DNA of 48,379 nt from a virus (lineage: Duplodnaviria; Caudoviricetes). The notes below the pieces were generated by a model. It was not told the origin of the DNA. It did no database searches and saw only the letters and a program-made list of their open reading frames with translations. The DNA lies in the IMG/VR virus record IMGVR_UViG_3300036794_000032, positions 1 through 48,379 of that record, one strand, 5' to 3'. The position numbers and the translations under genes are program-made. Positions 45,767 through 48,379 of this stretch are shown piece by piece (the stretch's first letter is position 1; the number at the start of each line of letters is the position of its first letter).

Positions 45767-46623
45767 GAGATGCGGTTCATCTCCACGCAGAACCGAGTCG
45801 TCGACGCCGACGTCGTGAACGAGTCGGTGCCCGACTGCTGCTCAGCCTGAAGGAAAATCGTCGCCCCAGATCCGGCTGCCACAATCCCGTAGGTGGTTGG
45901 GGAGCTTCCCGCCGGTCCGCCGTCCCACAGCGTGATCGGCGGCGGATACTGCCCAGCGACACCGATGCCCAGGCCGACGTCATCGCCAGTCGTGGAATTC
46001 AGGCGCGCCACCAGGTTCACCTGAACGTTGGCGCCCGTGCCGACAACAACCGCGCCGCCCGAGACTTTCGGAGTCCACGCGAAGCGTTGCGCGGGAACAG
46101 CCACCTGCGCCAGCGTGCGCTGCGGACCATTCCCCGACGTCGTCGAATTGACGGTGGTGGGATAGAACTTGCCGCCGGCCAGCGCCGGGTTGAACGTCAT
46201 CTCCGGTATGCCGCTACCGGTTTCGTACACCAGGAAGTCGCCGAGTTGTGCGCCGGTCGCCCCGGACAGGTCCACCGCGGCCAGGAGCGCCACCGAGGCA
46301 GTGGGGCCATCCGCGCCGGAGTTCACCCAGAACGTCAGATCCCAGACCCCAGTGGCGGGATCGACAACATCGACTTGCGGGCTTGGGATCGTGCCACCGG
46401 GAGCGACCTGGTTGACGAACACGTTTCGCGGCGGCGACGGCGCCCCAGGAGGCCCTTGAGCGGGCGGCGGGATGCTGCCGCGGCCACCCGGAGGTGCCAG
46501 GAACAGGACAGTCGTTCCGGAACCAGACGGGTCGTTGTCGGCGGGCGAGAAGATCATCCCCTGCCACAGCCACCCATCGATGCCTTCCCAGGTGTATTCG
46601 ACCCACGGCGACGGCGCGGTCAT
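45763..46623 (-). CDS. Minor tail protein
   Basis: QGPPG, RTLAQV.VP..FAW.P.VSG and VARL motifs typical of mycobacteriophage tail proteins. Confidence 0.78.
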   Translation of the reverse strand: MTAPSPWVEYTWEGIDGWLWQGMIFSPADNDPSGSGTTVLFLAPPGGRGSIPPPAQGPPGAPSPPRNVFVNQVAPGGTIPSPQVDVVDPATGVWDLTFWVNSGADGPTASVALLAAVDLSGATGAQLGDFLVYETGSGIPEMTFNPALAGGKFYPTTVNSTTSGNGPQRTLAQVAVPAQRFAWTPKVSGGAVVVGTGANVQVNLVARLNSTTGDDVGLGIGVAGQYPPPITLWDGGPAGSSPTTYGIVAAGSGATIFLQAEQQSGTDSFTTSASTTRFCVEMNRIS

Positions 46624-47165
46624 GTGCTTTGCCCTTGACTCAGTAACACGGCGTTGAGGTCCTCCACTACTCCGTTAATGAGGCGTTGCGAACGTGCGAT
46701 CGGCGCCTCTTCGGCCTTGTTGTCGCCGAGCTGCACAGTCAAAAGCGCTGCCTGGTCGACGGTTTCGGTGAGCATCACGTTTTCGACGTAGTCGGTGAAT
46801 AGCGTTCCGTCGTCGAGCGCGATCGACATGAGTGCCCCGACAACGACGTCGGTGCCCAACCAGAAGGGATATCCGTCTCGCCAGGACGCGGTCCCCGACA
46901 AGTAACCTCTCGTGTCCCAAAACGCCGATATGAAGCTGAATAGGGCGTCGACGTCGTAGGGTGCGCCGCCGGTCGGAATGAACTTTTCCGGCTTCCCGTA
47001 CGGGCCCATGCTTTTTCGGCGGTCGTAATTTTCGATGAGCTGAAATGCGAGCAGCATGTTCGTGAACAGGCCATCGAGGACGTTCGAAAACCCTGTGATA
47101 CCAGCAGCTATCGAGAACATGTCGATGATGTACTCGAAGAACGCGTTGATCAGATCGTTCATCCA
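46620..47165 (-). CDS. Large minor tail protein, C-terminal part (after the 49-nt insert)
   Basis: WMNDLIN...LLAFQ...RR..MGP...E.F...FWDTRG...GD...E.P, the typical C-terminal segment of Gp28/Gp37-like tail proteins. Confidence 0.85.
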   Translation of the reverse strand, partial: WMNDLINAFFEYIIDMFSIAAGITGFSNVLDGLFTNMLLAFQLIENYDRRKSMGPYGKPEKFIPTGGAPYDVDALFSFISAFWDTRGYLSGTASWRDGYPFWLGTDVVVGALMSIALDDGTLFTDYVENVMLTETVDQAALLTVQLGDNKAEEAPIARSQRLINGVVEDLNAVLLSQGQST

Positions 47166-47214
47166 TTGTCAGGACCAAGCCGGCGCCCCCCCAGTCACCC
47201 AGAGGGGCACCGGC
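47166..47214 (-). other. 49-nt hairpin insert between matched CAA codons (candidate bypass or micro-intron element)
   Basis: CCC CAA [GCCGGTGCCCCTCTGGGTGACTGGGGGGGCGCCGGCTTGGTCCTGACAA] TGG ATG; hairpin spans 47175-47218. Confidence 0.75.
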
Positions 47215-48379
47215 TTGGGGGCTCTGCCCTCCGATGATGATCTGCCAGGCCTGTGGTGCGTGATCCACAAGTTCCATGGAGACCATCGGGCCGTCTGGGC
47301 TATCGATCAGGACTGCCCAGGGTTTGACGAAGTTCAGGCCCAGCGCCGGCGCGATGTAGATGCCGAGGGTGTCGGTGGGCGCGTATTCCCCGGTCGGGTT
47401 CAACCACGGGGACAGCACATCGCCGAGCACCGAGCCTTCGAAGTTGACTGCCTGCGAGAGCAATCCGTCTTCCCAACCGCCGGTCGGGCCGGTGATTCCG
47501 GAGCGGTCGGTGCACCGGAACACGTATGTGGGGACTTGGAGGTTGGCCCACTCGTCGGGTTGCGGATCACCGACGAGCCAGAGGTCCATGGTGCACACCA
47601 CGCCATAGGATTTGGTTGCCTTATCGATCAGCGCCTTGCAGGTGTCCATGCGGGCGTTCCACGTCACCGTCGGACTGGCGTCGTAGTCCGGGTTGTGGTG
47701 CACCACGTAGATCGGCGTGGACAGCAGCTGCGCGGGAGTCGCGTTCTCCGACAACCACGTTCCGAACCAGGAACGCAGGTCCAGATTGAGTGAGCCTGCG
47801 TTGTTCAGGAACTCGTTGAGGCCTATCTGAATCCGCAGCGCCTGCTCGGCGACCATGGTTTCGATGCAGGTGCACAGGGGGCCGATGTAGATCGCGTAGT
47901 AGAGCGGGCCCTGAAACCAGATAGGAAATGCCCACTCAGGCCACACGCTCATGTAATTCAAAATGTCGTAAATGCCAAGACATTTCGCCGTCAGCGTCTT
48001 CTGCGAATTTTCCAGCTTAATCGTCGAAGTGTCGACGGTGGCCGCCCACAACCTCAGCCCGCGAACCTCGATGGTGACTCCGACGACCTCCGTGCGGCAC
48101 GCCCGGATGTAGGGCACCAGGTGATCGATGTTGCCGTTCTCGTCGTAGTACTTCAGCACCAGTTCGACGGCCTCGACCTCGTTGCGCGGCTTGGTGGCTT
48201 GCAGCGAGATCCGGTCTCCAGCCTCGCCTATCGGCCGCCACAGGTAGTCGTAGACCTCGACGACGATGCTGGTGACGTCGAGGTTATCCGTCTCCTGCAC
48301 CGCTTGCTCGGCGCCGGTGATCGCCACGTATTCGTTGTTCTGCAGCACCATCGCCCGAAGCTCGTTCACCGACGCTGAC
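47215..48379 (-). CDS. Large minor tail protein (Gp28/Gp37-like hub), central part
   Basis: VEVYD..WR.IG, WPEW..PI..Q, RMD, LW.VGD.QP and DRSG.TGPTG motifs, ending IIIGGQSPQ. Confidence 0.88.
48254..48379. repeat. 126-bp terminal direct repeat, copy 2
   Basis: Identical to 15-140. Confidence 0.95.

Noticed and set aside
46675-47165. C-terminal ~160 aa of the 564-aa ORF (MDERSDQRVLRVHHRH...) as real protein
   Set aside because: It is Arg/His-rich shadow-frame sequence overlapping the convincing tail C-terminal frame.
47186-47192. Homopolymer (G7) sequencing error as the sole cause of the tail-gene break
   Set aside because: Changing the G count cannot fuse the two halves, because TGA precedes the second CAA in the downstream frame, and all seven G pair in the stem. 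A G6 variant would give a split gene pair, so a read check is still needed.
48254-48379. Terminal repeat as a biological direct terminal repeat
   Set aside because: It falls in the middle of a tail gene and has an assembly-overlap-like length; the HNH-terS layout points to real ends near 16.8 kb.

Overview
The window is an apparently complete, circularly permuted temperate siphovirus genome of about 48.24 kb. Positions 15-140 are repeated exactly at 48254-48379. The host is very likely Mycobacterium or a close relative, based on LysB, a PE-PPE-like hydrolase, WhiB, a DUF732-like protein and an attP core resembling a mycobacterial tRNA-Asn 3' half. Almost all genes are on the minus strand. The order is HNH, terminase, portal, ClpP-type protease, capsid, head-tail genes, major tail, frameshifted chaperones, tape measure and minor tails. 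These are followed by a peptidase/PLD block and the lysis cassette. An early/replication arm (Cro, WhiB, RecE/RecT-like, replication initiator, RuvC) lies on the other side. The plus strand carries a repressor with attP inside its 3' end, a frameshifted tyrosine integrase and a membrane protein. The top finding is the large minor-tail (hub-like) gene, which spans the contig junction and is only partly captured by the ORF track. It is interrupted by a 49-nt insert bounded by matching CAA codons that folds into a 20-bp GNRA-capped hairpin on the mRNA strand, a candidate translational-bypass or micro-intron element. It also carries an N-terminal LysB-like esterase domain. All functional calls come from motif recognition and synteny only; no searches were run.
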